The notes beneath the pieces were generated by a model, which saw nothing but the letters and a program-made list of their open reading frames with translations, searched no databases and had not been told where the DNA came from. Positions 55,912-64,000 of a stretch of 64,000 bases of DNA are shown here, piece after piece. How positions within the stretch are numbered: position 1 is the first letter of the stretch; the number at the start of each line of letters is the position of its first letter. Source of the stretch: Gammaproteobacteria bacterium (GTDB lineage: Bacteria > Pseudomonadota > Gammaproteobacteria > JAJFKG01); assembly GCA_965116795.1 (NCBI GenBank), contig OZ220716.1:2186503-2250502 (forward strand). Reading direction: 5' to 3'. A program made the position numbers and the translations under genes.

Positions 55912-56174
55912 CACACAATTCTCGTTTTCTTGTAATCAGGAATATCCTGCGGTGTTAAGTCATCACACAACCGAGACGCCTCTGCTAGCATATCCGTTAA
56001 GCCACATAACACATCAAATAACTCTTGTTCTTTCACGTCTTTAGACTTAACTGTAATGTTAGCCATGCTCTTCATTTGGCAAAGCTTGGCGCACAGTGCT
56101 TCATACGGGCTGCGATAATTATCATCACCGCTCTTTTCGGATTTGTTGGAATTTGGTAAAGTTGGCTTAGTCAT
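55911..56174 (-). CDS. Small helical hypothetical protein
   Basis: Paralog of 5186..5440; GGAGG RBS. Confidence 0.75.
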   Translation of the reverse strand: MTKPTLPNSNKSEKSGDDNYRSPYEALCAKLCQMKSMANITVKSKDVKEQELFDVLCGLTDMLAEASRLCDDLTPQDIPDYKKTRIV

Positions 56175-56989
56175 ACCGTTTAACCTCCAGTTAAATTTAA
56201 GGTTATGATTAGCCGCAGGAAGGTGGTCGTAACACGTTTCTGCGGTGCTTGTGTGGCAACGCCCACACGCTGTTTTCTTGCTTGGTAACAACATGCCGAT
56301 AACGCTGCCACATAGCGATACTTGCTCTGTGTGAGGGTAATAGCAACTTGGGAATGGCAATAAGAACGGGTATTGCCCCAAGGAGCGCTAACATTGCGCT
56401 GATGAGTGCATTGTGCTGCAAAATAAGGGCTATTACTGCCCTAATGAACTAGGACAACCATTCCAAATGCTTGTATTGAATAGCAACAACAAATGCCAGT
56501 TAACTTGCCTGCAGTGCTACCAATCTACTTTGAAATGACGTGAAAAATAATTGGCGCAACAAAAACGTTATAGCGACTCTGTGTGCAACAAACTCGATGT
56601 CAGTGCTACGTTGCCCTTAGTGCTCTTGAGTAAACGTAGCTAATGGCTTTTATGGAGATCTCAACAACATAAACAACACATGGCCTACACTGCCTTATGA
56701 AAAACCTGCACAAAACCCCTAAAAAAACTTGATAAAACATCATCAAAAGAGCATAACGGTTGATGCCTAAAAATCACTGCTAACACAAGCCATTACCTCT
56801 GTATTTCTCTCTATTCCTGAGTCTGTAAACGTCCTTTATTAATTCTCTTAGCAAAATAACGCTTAACGCTTTGTTACTCATGGGCTTTTGCCTGTATTTC
56901 AAGTTTAGAGACACAACATATTATTTTAATAATAATAGTAATACTATTAAAAAATAATAATAAAAAAGAGTAAACGAAGTAAAACAAGT

Positions 56990-57655
56990 GATACTCGAAA
57001 TGGTAATACGTGTAAAACGATTACAAGTGTATTGTAAGACAATGTTAGCCTAGAATACGTGATAAAAACGAATTAGACTACGATCGTGAATGATAGATGA
57101 GTTATCAGGGTTACTCGTGTTAGGTATATTATTTTCACAGGTGTAAAGAAATAAAAGTGCTAAAAATAATATTGCGCCGCGCCGCACCTGCAAACACGCA
57201 GATTCGTGACAAGAATAAAAACCAATGCGTAATTGATTTTAAATGTCGCGTATAACGGCCATACAAGATCGCTGCGCGCATTTCTACACGCAAGGCATAG
57301 GGTATAGTGGCTCTTCAGGTTAAATCGTTGCTTAAATCGCTTTAATTTCACTTTGACGTTTAAATCATTTTTTCGTGCAAATGGAGTAAGCATTCACGCA
57401 CACAAGCAATGCTATCGTACTCGCTTGACTCAGCACGTAATGGATCCACGCAAGAGCATGTGAGTGATCCACTTGCAACAGCGTGTAACAAATCCACTTC
57501 GAGTACACGTTAAGCCATCGCGTTACCCACTTTGCTTTTGCGTTAACTGCATTTGCAAATCGCTAACACACCACCACTTCAGCAAGCCACCTTCAATGCA
57601 TAAAATCCCTGTTCTTTTAGTGTCAATACTAGGTATAGACTTAATCCAAACTTGC
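56990..57655 (-). ncRNA. Candidate large structured ncRNA, copy 2
   Basis: Homologous to 7080-7720 with compensatory substitutions; boundaries approximate. Confidence 0.45.
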
Positions 57656-57707
57656 TAAAAATACACTAAGATAATTTTTTATACACTGCTTTCGTTACAA
57701 AACAAAC

Positions 57708-58035
57708 ACGTTAGCGTGCAACATCTTTTTTGCAACAAAAACGCGAAATTGTGATAGACTTTTCGCTACAGTCAGACGTGATTTACACAACAGCGAATGC
57801 AAGTAACATGACTGACGAGTAGCGTTAACACAACGACGGTTAATTAAAACAACCAGCATTGTGTTAACGACGTAACGGTTGTAAACGTGTTAAGCACTAC
57901 GCATAGACTCAACACAAACGTTGACACTGTTTGCAGAAGGTAGCGTTAAGCACACTGTTCATCGTTACCAGCTTAAACGACGTTACCGTACAACAACTTT
58001 TTTGTAGTCACGGTAACAACACAGGATGGTAGAAC
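57708..58035 (+). promoter_or_regulatory. Two tandem box-plus-extended -10 units; putative late promoters
   Basis: ACGTTAGCGTGCAACATCTTTTTT at 57708 with TAGACT 47 nt later; diverged box at 57980 with TAGAAC at 58030. Confidence 0.5.
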
Positions 58036-58124
58036 AGCTTAACTGGGAGCTTCGAGACATAGAGAAACAGGAAACAGTCTAATACGAATAGACGCTTAAA
58101 CATTCTAGACAATCAAACACCTAT

Positions 58125-58179
58125 GGTTCCTTCCTGGGGCTAAAACGCATTCGGGCACACGCGGCGCAAAATTTCGCTA
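58125..58179 (+). other. Lambda-like cos site, copy 2
   Basis: GGTTCCT-N21-GGGCACACGCGG-CGC-AAAA-TTTCGCTA upstream of the methyltransferase-terminase operon. Confidence 0.7.
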
Positions 58180-58198
58180 GCGTCAGAGCAAAAAAAAG

Positions 58199-58533
58199 GG
58201 TTCGCAGTTCGCACCCTCATCATACAAAAACCTAATAAAATCAAATGCTTAACTCACAAAATTCACCATAAATGCGCTAATCTGGGTTTGCACCAAATTA
58301 TGTTTAACTCATTGAATTTTTAGGATTTTTTATGAAAAAATGGACTGCAAACCTAAAACGCAACCAAGTTTGCGCCTATTCTAGGTTAACCTATTGAATC
58401 TTAAAGAATATTTCTGAAAAAACCCCTGCAAACCCCTCAATCAACAGGGTTTGCACTCAATTTAGCTAACCCATTGAATTTACAGCTTTTTACCTAATTC
58501 TCAGTGCAACCCCCCATCTGACAGGGTTTGCAC
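58199..58533. repeat. ~80-bp periodic GGTTTGCA/TGCAAACC array with IHF-like boxes, copy 2
   Basis: Nearly identical to 8226-8551. Confidence 0.75.
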
Positions 58534-58596
58534 GTTCGCTTGCACTTGGCCCCAGGGTTAGCGCTTCATTCAACTCACTTGGACAGGATGGATTAC

Positions 58597-59838
58597 ATGG
58601 AATTGACGGTTCAACACACATCACTGAGAGAACTCATCCCTTACGCTCGTAATGCACGCACCCATAGCGATGCACAGGTGGCACAAATCGCCGCCTCGAT
58701 TGCGGAGTTTGGGTTTGTCAATCCGGTATTGATTGGTAGTGACAACATCATCATTGCAGGACATGGGCGTGTACTGGCAGCACAAAAGCTTGAGCTTGAA
58801 ACAGTGCCGACCATTACCTTGGTTCACTTAAACGAAAATCAACGTCGTGCGTTAGTGATTGCCGATAACAAGCTGGCTGAAAATGCAGGCTGGGATGAGG
58901 AATTATTGCGGTTAGAGTTGCAAAGCTTAGTCGATGAGGATTTCAACATTGATTTGCTCGGCTTTGATGACGTTGATTTAGATGCGCTGTTAACTGACAT
59001 GACTACCGATGAGGACAATGTCGTTGAAGAGAATATCCCTGAACCACAAGTTAATCCCGTCAGCCAACTCGGTGATGTTTGGGTATTAGGCCAGCATCGA
59101 TTACTGTGTGGTGATGCCACCGAGGCGAGTGATCTCTATGCCTTGATGGGTGATGAACTAGCCGATATGGTGTTTACGGATCCCCCGTATAACGTCAATT
59201 ACGATGATGTGGAAAAATACTCAGCTAAGCAATCTAATAAAACAAAACGCAAGATCCTAAACGATAATCTTGGGACGCAATTCGAGCGCTTCTTGTTTAA
59301 AGCCTGCAGTAATCTCATCACTTACGTTAAAGGGGCAGTGTACATTTGCATGAGCTCGAGTGAACTCGATACGCTAAAACGCACCTTTTGTGAAGCCGGT
59401 GGCAAGTGGTCGACTTTCATTATCTGGGCAAAGAATGCATTTACATTAGGCCGCTCTGATTATCAACGTCAATATGAACCGATTTTGTATGGCTGGCCGC
59501 AAGGTAATGATCATTATTGGTGCGGTGCACGCGATCAAGGCGATGTGTGGTTTTGTGATAAGCCGCGTAAGAACAATTTGCATCCAACCATGAAGCCAGT
59601 GGAATTGGTGATCCGCGCAATTAAGAATTCCAGCAAAACCCATGACATTATTCTCGATCCGTTTGCAGGCTCTGGATCAACGCTGATTGCAGCAGAACAA
59701 ACGAGCAGACGTGCTCGGTTAATTGAACTTGATCCACGTTATGTTGATGTGATCATTCAACGCTGGCAAACACTAACGGGTCAACAAGCCTACCTTCAAG
59801 AGACAGAGCAATCTTATGATGCATTGCAAGCACAATAA
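58597..59838 (+). CDS. ParB-domain N6/N4 DNA methyltransferase
   Basis: N-terminal ParB (IIAGHGR); FTDPPY, HPTMKPV, DPFAGSGSTL, IELDPRY. Confidence 0.93.
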   Translation: MELTVQHTSLRELIPYARNARTHSDAQVAQIAASIAEFGFVNPVLIGSDNIIIAGHGRVLAAQKLELETVPTITLVHLNENQRRALVIADNKLAENAGWDEELLRLELQSLVDEDFNIDLLGFDDVDLDALLTDMTTDEDNVVEENIPEPQVNPVSQLGDVWVLGQHRLLCGDATEASDLYALMGDELADMVFTDPPYNVNYDDVEKYSAKQSNKTKRKILNDNLGTQFERFLFKACSNLITYVKGAVYICMSSSELDTLKRTFCEAGGKWSTFIIWAKNAFTLGRSDYQRQYEPILYGWPQGNDHYWCGARDQGDVWFCDKPRKNNLHPTMKPVELVIRAIKNSSKTHDIILDPFAGSGSTLIAAEQTSRRARLIELDPRYVDVIIQRWQTLTGQQAYLQETEQSYDALQAQ

Positions 59839-59875
59839 ACTACCGTTATTCATTGACATTAAAGGAGATCGTACA

Positions 59876-60418
59876 ATGGGTGTTTCTATTCGTGAATATG
59901 CTAGACAACGTGGGGTAAGCGATACGGCTGTTCGCAAAGCCATTAAACAAGGCCGCATTACCAAAGAACCCGATGGTAGCATTGATATTAAACGTGCTGA
60001 TAAACAATGGCGTGAAAATACAGCCAACCCTAAAACCCATACTATGAAACCAGTGCCTACTTCTGCACTGCAAGATGTCGCGACAACATTGCGTGAGAAT
60101 GGCCGAACCGTGAGCGCACACGGTAGCACCTATTTAGAAGCGAAGACGGCCAATGAAATCATCAAAGCACAAACGAATCGATTGCGCCTTAAGCAACTCA
60201 AAGGCGAATTAATCGATCGCAAGCTGGCCTGCGATCATGTTTTTCAGTTAGGACGCCAAGAGCGCGATGCGTGGTTGACGTGGCCTGCACGGGTAGCCAG
60301 TCAGATGGCCGCTGAGACAGTCAATTTAAATGAAGCCTGTCAGTTACAAATTGTGCTTGAGCGTTATGTGCATGACCATTTGTCAGCATTAAGTGAAATT
60401 GAACCGGATTTTGATTAA
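59876..60418 (+). CDS. Putative terminase small subunit (Nu1-like)
   Basis: N-terminal HTH SIREYARQRGVSDTAVRKAI, coiled coil, GELID; directly upstream of gpA. Confidence 0.8.
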   Translation: MGVSIREYARQRGVSDTAVRKAIKQGRITKEPDGSIDIKRADKQWRENTANPKTHTMKPVPTSALQDVATTLRENGRTVSAHGSTYLEAKTANEIIKAQTNRLRLKQLKGELIDRKLACDHVFQLGRQERDAWLTWPARVASQMAAETVNLNEACQLQIVLERYVHDHLSALSEIEPDFD

Positions 60419-60439
60419 AGTAAATGAAGTGATCAGCCT

Positions 60440-62470
60440 ATGCGTGAACAAGATGTTATTGAAGCTTGGCAATTAAGCTTAAAGCCCGATCAGTTATTAA
60501 CGATTTCACACTGGGCAGATGACTATCGCACGTTATCGCCGAAAGCCGCTGCTGAACCTGGGCGCTGGCGCACTGATAGGACACCCTATTTGCGCGAGAT
60601 AATGGATGCCCTATCGTCTCACTGCCCTACACAACGCGTAGTCTTCATGAAAGGTGCGCAGATTGGCGGAACAGAGGCTGGCAATAATTGGATTGGCTAT
60701 GTGATACATCTAGCGCCTGCGCCAATGATGGCCGTCTCTCCCACAACGGAGTTAGCTAAACGTAATTCTAAGCAGCGTATTGATCCACTTATTGAAGATT
60801 GCGCGGCGTTAAAGGAACGTGTTAAGCCAGCGCGTTCACGTGATTCAGGCAATACCGTATTATCAAAAGACTTCCCAGGCGGTGTGTTGGTGATGACTGG
60901 AGCTAACTCTGCAGTGGGGTTACGCTCCATGCCAGCACGCTATTTATTTATGGATGAAGTGGATGGTTATCCTGGCGATATTGAGGGTGAAGGCGATCCG
61001 ATTGTATTAGCTGAACGGCGCAGTGCCACGTTTCAAACACGACGCAAAATATTTTTAGTGAGTACACCAACGCTCAAAGGCTTATCACGAATTAATCGTG
61101 AATTTGAACAAACAGACCAACGTTACTATCATATACCGTGTCCACATTGTCAGCATTTTCAAGCATTACGTTTTGGTCAATTGCGTTGGGAAGAAGGCAG
61201 CCCTGTTGATGTGGCTTACCAATGCGAGTCATGCGATGAACACATTGCAGAGCATCATAAAACAGCGCTATTAGCCAAGGGTAAATGGGTGGCTACAAAT
61301 GATAACCCGCAGCAACAGCATACGGTTGGTTATCACTTATCCAGTCTTTATAGCCCGATTGGATGGTTTAGTTGGTCGGATGCAGCGAGTCTTTTTGAAC
61401 AAGCCAAAGCGCATCCTGAGTTAATGAAAAGTTTTGTCAATACTGTGTTAGGAGAGCCGTATGAAGAAGAACACGATGCACCGGACTGGGAAGCCATTTA
61501 TCAAAGACGTGAGGCGTACCCCCAAGGCATTGTCCCTCATCAAGGCTTGTTTGTTACAGCTGGTGTCGATATTCAGAAAGACCGCATCGAGTGTGAAATC
61601 GTTGCTTGGGGCGTTGATAAGCAAAGTTGGTCGGTGCATTACGCGGTGTTGGCGGGCGATACGGCGCGAGCTCAGGTCTGGCGACAACTAGAGACCCTAT
61701 TACAAACCGATTGGCCACATGCCTCCGGGCATACGTTGCCGATTCGAGTGATGGCGGTTGACAGTGGGTATGCTACCCAAGAGGTGTATAACTGGGTACG
61801 CCAACATCCCCAAGCAATATGGGGAGGCGGCGGTGCCAGAGCCAATCAACCACGCACGGTAGTAGCAGTCAAAGGCCGTGATAGAGATACGGCATTGATT
61901 TTAAGTGTCTCCAAAGTTGATGTCAGCGGCAGACGCCGCGGGTTACGGGTGTGGAATGTTTCCAGTTCAGTGGCCAAAGTGGAGTTATACCGCTGGTTGA
62001 AGCTAGAAAAATCAGTAGATGTAGATACAGAAGATGACAACAGCAATAAACCTACCTTCTATCCGGCAGGCTACTGTCATTTCCCACAATATGAGCCTGA
62101 ATATTTCAAACAACTGACGGCGGAAAAACGCATCATCCGAATTCACCGCGGTTATCCCAAAGCGGTATGGGAGAAAGACCCAACCAGACGTAACGAAGCG
62201 TTAGATTGCCGTGTGTATGCCAGAGCCGCTGCCAGCATTTATGGCTTAGACCGATTTAATGAGCACCACTGGCGACAATTCGAAGAGGCTCTTGGCAAGC
62301 CGGTGCCTGAAAAAATAAAAGCGGTAACATCATCGGTAACACCACCACAAACGACAACATCATCGTCGTCGTCATCGCACTTCATGCGCGCCTATATTGA
62401 AAATGGGCCACAAATCCAATTACCGGATGACCCGTATTTACAAGATGATTTAAGTGATTTATTGGATTAA
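60440..62470 (+). CDS. Terminase large subunit, lambda gpA family
   Basis: RTPYLREIMD, KGAQIGGTE, MDEVDGY, VSTPT, GVDIQKDR, RNEALDCRVYA. Confidence 0.95.
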   Translation: MREQDVIEAWQLSLKPDQLLTISHWADDYRTLSPKAAAEPGRWRTDRTPYLREIMDALSSHCPTQRVVFMKGAQIGGTEAGNNWIGYVIHLAPAPMMAVSPTTELAKRNSKQRIDPLIEDCAALKERVKPARSRDSGNTVLSKDFPGGVLVMTGANSAVGLRSMPARYLFMDEVDGYPGDIEGEGDPIVLAERRSATFQTRRKIFLVSTPTLKGLSRINREFEQTDQRYYHIPCPHCQHFQALRFGQLRWEEGSPVDVAYQCESCDEHIAEHHKTALLAKGKWVATNDNPQQQHTVGYHLSSLYSPIGWFSWSDAASLFEQAKAHPELMKSFVNTVLGEPYEEEHDAPDWEAIYQRREAYPQGIVPHQGLFVTAGVDIQKDRIECEIVAWGVDKQSWSVHYAVLAGDTARAQVWRQLETLLQTDWPHASGHTLPIRVMAVDSGYATQEVYNWVRQHPQAIWGGGGARANQPRTVVAVKGRDRDTALILSVSKVDVSGRRRGLRVWNVSSSVAKVELYRWLKLEKSVDVDTEDDNSNKPTFYPAGYCHFPQYEPEYFKQLTAEKRIIRIHRGYPKAVWEKDPTRRNEALDCRVYARAAASIYGLDRFNEHHWRQFEEALGKPVPEKIKAVTSSVTPPQTTTSSSSSSHFMRAYIENGPQIQLPDDPYLQDDLSDLLD

Positions 62471-62481
62471 CAGGACAAACT

Positions 62482-62715
62482 ATGCCAGTGACAGATTTAA
62501 CTAGCTTGCAAACGCGCTTAACGGAAGCCGAAGACGCCTATCATTTACTGATGACAGGTAGTGGCGAGGCAAGCGTACACATTGATGGGTATGGCAGTAT
62601 TAGTTACACCACCGCCAACATCACCCAGTTAGAGCGTTACATTAGCAATTTAAAAACGGTTATTGCACGTCAATCAGGTAACGGCGGTCGCAAAGCCTTA
62701 TTTGTAGGGTTTTAA
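62482..62715 (+). CDS. gpW-like head-tail joining protein
   Basis: AYHLLMTG..SISYT.ANI.QLERYI; lies between gpA and portal. Confidence 0.85.
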   Translation: MPVTDLTSLQTRLTEAEDAYHLLMTGSGEASVHIDGYGSISYTTANITQLERYISNLKTVIARQSGNGGRKALFVGF

Positions 62716-62716
62716 T

Positions 62717-63290
62717 ATGCGTATGCATTCAAGCAAAACAACGGATACAGCGCATCGCGGAGCTTCATTGAATGCCAGTGAAATTGCCTCGTGGCATCCG
62801 TTTGCCGGCTCTGCCGACAGTGATTTGTTGCCAGAACTTGGTACACTGGTATCACGCTCTCGGGATTTGGTGCGTAACCATGGGGTGGCAAGTGGCGCGA
62901 TTCAAACCTTAACCGATAACATTGTGGGCTCTGGTTTTAGATTAGCGGCACGTCCTGATTATGTGGCATTAGGTAAAACCAAAGAGTGGGCTGATGACTG
63001 GGCGCGGCAAGTTGAATCGCAATGGCGCACGTGGGCAGAGTCAACACACTGTGATGCCGCCAATACATTAACGTTTTCTGGGTTGACGATACAAGTATTT
63101 CGCTCATCGCTATTAAACGGGGAAAGCTTAGCATTACCTTTGTGGTTACCTGAGCGTGAATTTGCTACCACCTTGCAATTGGTTGAGCCTGATAGATTAA
63201 GCAATCCCAATGGCTTCGATGACAATGAAACCTTACGCGGTGGCATTGAGATTGACAAGTATGGTGCGCCGGTGGCGTATTGGATTAAGC
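62717..63290 (+). pseudogene. Lambda-family portal protein, interrupted by IS66
   Basis: RSRDLVRNHGVASGA..DNIVG, GGIEIDKYGAPVAYWI; homology ends at the IS end. Confidence 0.9.
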
Positions 63291-63372
63291 GTATGCTTCC
63301 CGCAAAAGTGCGTGCATAGTGTTTTTTGATGGTTTAGCCTGAAGTTGCTAACAGTATCAAGAGGACATTTTA

Positions 63373-63810
63373 ATGGGAACAAGGAAATCAAAAACGCACA
63401 GCACAACTTTACGTAGTAAAAAACAGATTGCAAATTCGTCATCATTCGATCAATTGCAACAACAGTTTGAACAATGGCGGGCTAACAAATCTAGCAATGC
63501 GCCTGTGCCACTAGCGTTACGCCAAGCAACTGTTCGCGCCTTTAATAACGGCATACCATTCTCAAAACTGAAGTCATTAAGAATAAATCATTCTCAACTA
63601 AAACGCTGGCGTGAGCAAAAAGCCGTATCAAGTAAAACAACACCACACTTTGTCACCGTCAAACCAATTAAGAACAAAGCACCTCAAACCAACATCGCAA
63701 TACAAACGGCCGCGTGTGAGTTGACTATCCATTACCCACATGGTCTGCATGTGGCTATTCGTCTAGCGGATGTCACATCAACAGCCCAACTATTGAAAAC
63801 ACTGTGCTGA
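63373..63810 (+). CDS. IS66 accessory protein (TnpA/Orf1-like)
   Basis: FEQWR...P.ALR, QLKRWR, FVTV; upstream of IS66 tnpB. Confidence 0.75.
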   Translation: MGTRKSKTHSTTLRSKKQIANSSSFDQLQQQFEQWRANKSSNAPVPLALRQATVRAFNNGIPFSKLKSLRINHSQLKRWREQKAVSSKTTPHFVTVKPIKNKAPQTNIAIQTAACELTIHYPHGLHVAIRLADVTSTAQLLKTLC

Positions 63811-63820
63811 GGATAAACGG

Positions 63821-64000
63821 ATGTTGCAAATAACGCCTCAACACCGCATTTTATTAGCCAAAGAACCGGTGGACTTCAGAGCCGGTATCGAAGGTTTGTG
63901 TCGAGTCTGCCAAGCTAACATGTACAATGACCCCTTTAATGGCACGGTATTTGTCTTTACCAATCGTCGTCGTAACGCCATCAAACTGCTGACCTACGAT
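63821..64000 (+). CDS. tnpB: IS66 accessory protein TnpB (Orf2), partial
   Basis: Manual translation MLQITPQHRILLAKEPVDFRAGIEGLCRVC...DPFNGTVFVFTNRRRNAIKLLTYD. Confidence 0.9.
   Translation, partial: MLQITPQHRILLAKEPVDFRAGIEGLCRVCQANMYNDPFNGTVFVFTNRRRNAIKLLTYD

Larger units (their letters stand above)
43885..64000. mobile_element. Prophage copy 2 (lambdoid packaging, phage-WO-like replication and recombinase modules), continues past the window
   Basis: RuvC-like, primase-helicase, AAA, recombinase, methyltransferase, gpA, gpW and portal genes. Confidence 0.92.
63291..64000 (+). mobile_element. IS66-family element, left part
   Basis: Begins GTATGCTTCC; tnpA-like and tnpB-like ORFs follow. 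Confidence 0.85.

Noticed and set aside
57160-57393. 77-aa ORF inside the conserved non-coding region
   Set aside because: The frame is not kept in copy 1 (indels and an early stop)
63821-64000. TnpB as an RNA-guided nuclease
   Set aside because: This is the unrelated IS66 accessory TnpB; the IS200 element at 33589 has no tnpB

Overview
AT-rich bacterial DNA, probably from a host-associated (Legionellales/Coxiellaceae-like) gammaproteobacterium; this is inferred from eukaryote-like SH3/Sel1/ankyrin/TPR proteins. The window holds two directly oriented, diverged copies of a lambdoid, phage-WO-like prophage module about 49-50 kb apart. Copy 1 (~450-8810) has lost its replication genes and breaks off inside the ParB-methyltransferase gene. 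Copy 2 (~43880 to the window end) keeps replication, recombinase, methyltransferase, terminase and gpW genes, and its portal gene is cut by IS66. Between the copies lies cargo: SWIM+SNF2, RecQ, RecD2 with a coupled unknown gene, an A-T-C-A-T-R NRPS with a flavin amine oxidase, a RelE-like/UvrD/ankyrin fusion, a lipase-NB-ARC-TPR (NLR-like) protein and a Sel1-ankyrin-HExxH-SH3 protein. Comparing the two copies by eye gives five non-coding signals. (i) Lambda-like cos sites lie 49,980 bp apart, each followed by an ~80-bp periodic repeat array. (ii) A ~600-nt ORF-free segment shows compensatory base changes and is a candidate large phage ncRNA. (iii) A ~230-nt structured leader occurs three times, each time in front of a different cargo gene. 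(iv) A shared A9 tract marks the same reading-frame switch in both copies of one gene. (v) Tandem box-plus-extended -10 promoters precede the packaging genes. All alignments and foldings were done by eye; no database search was run.
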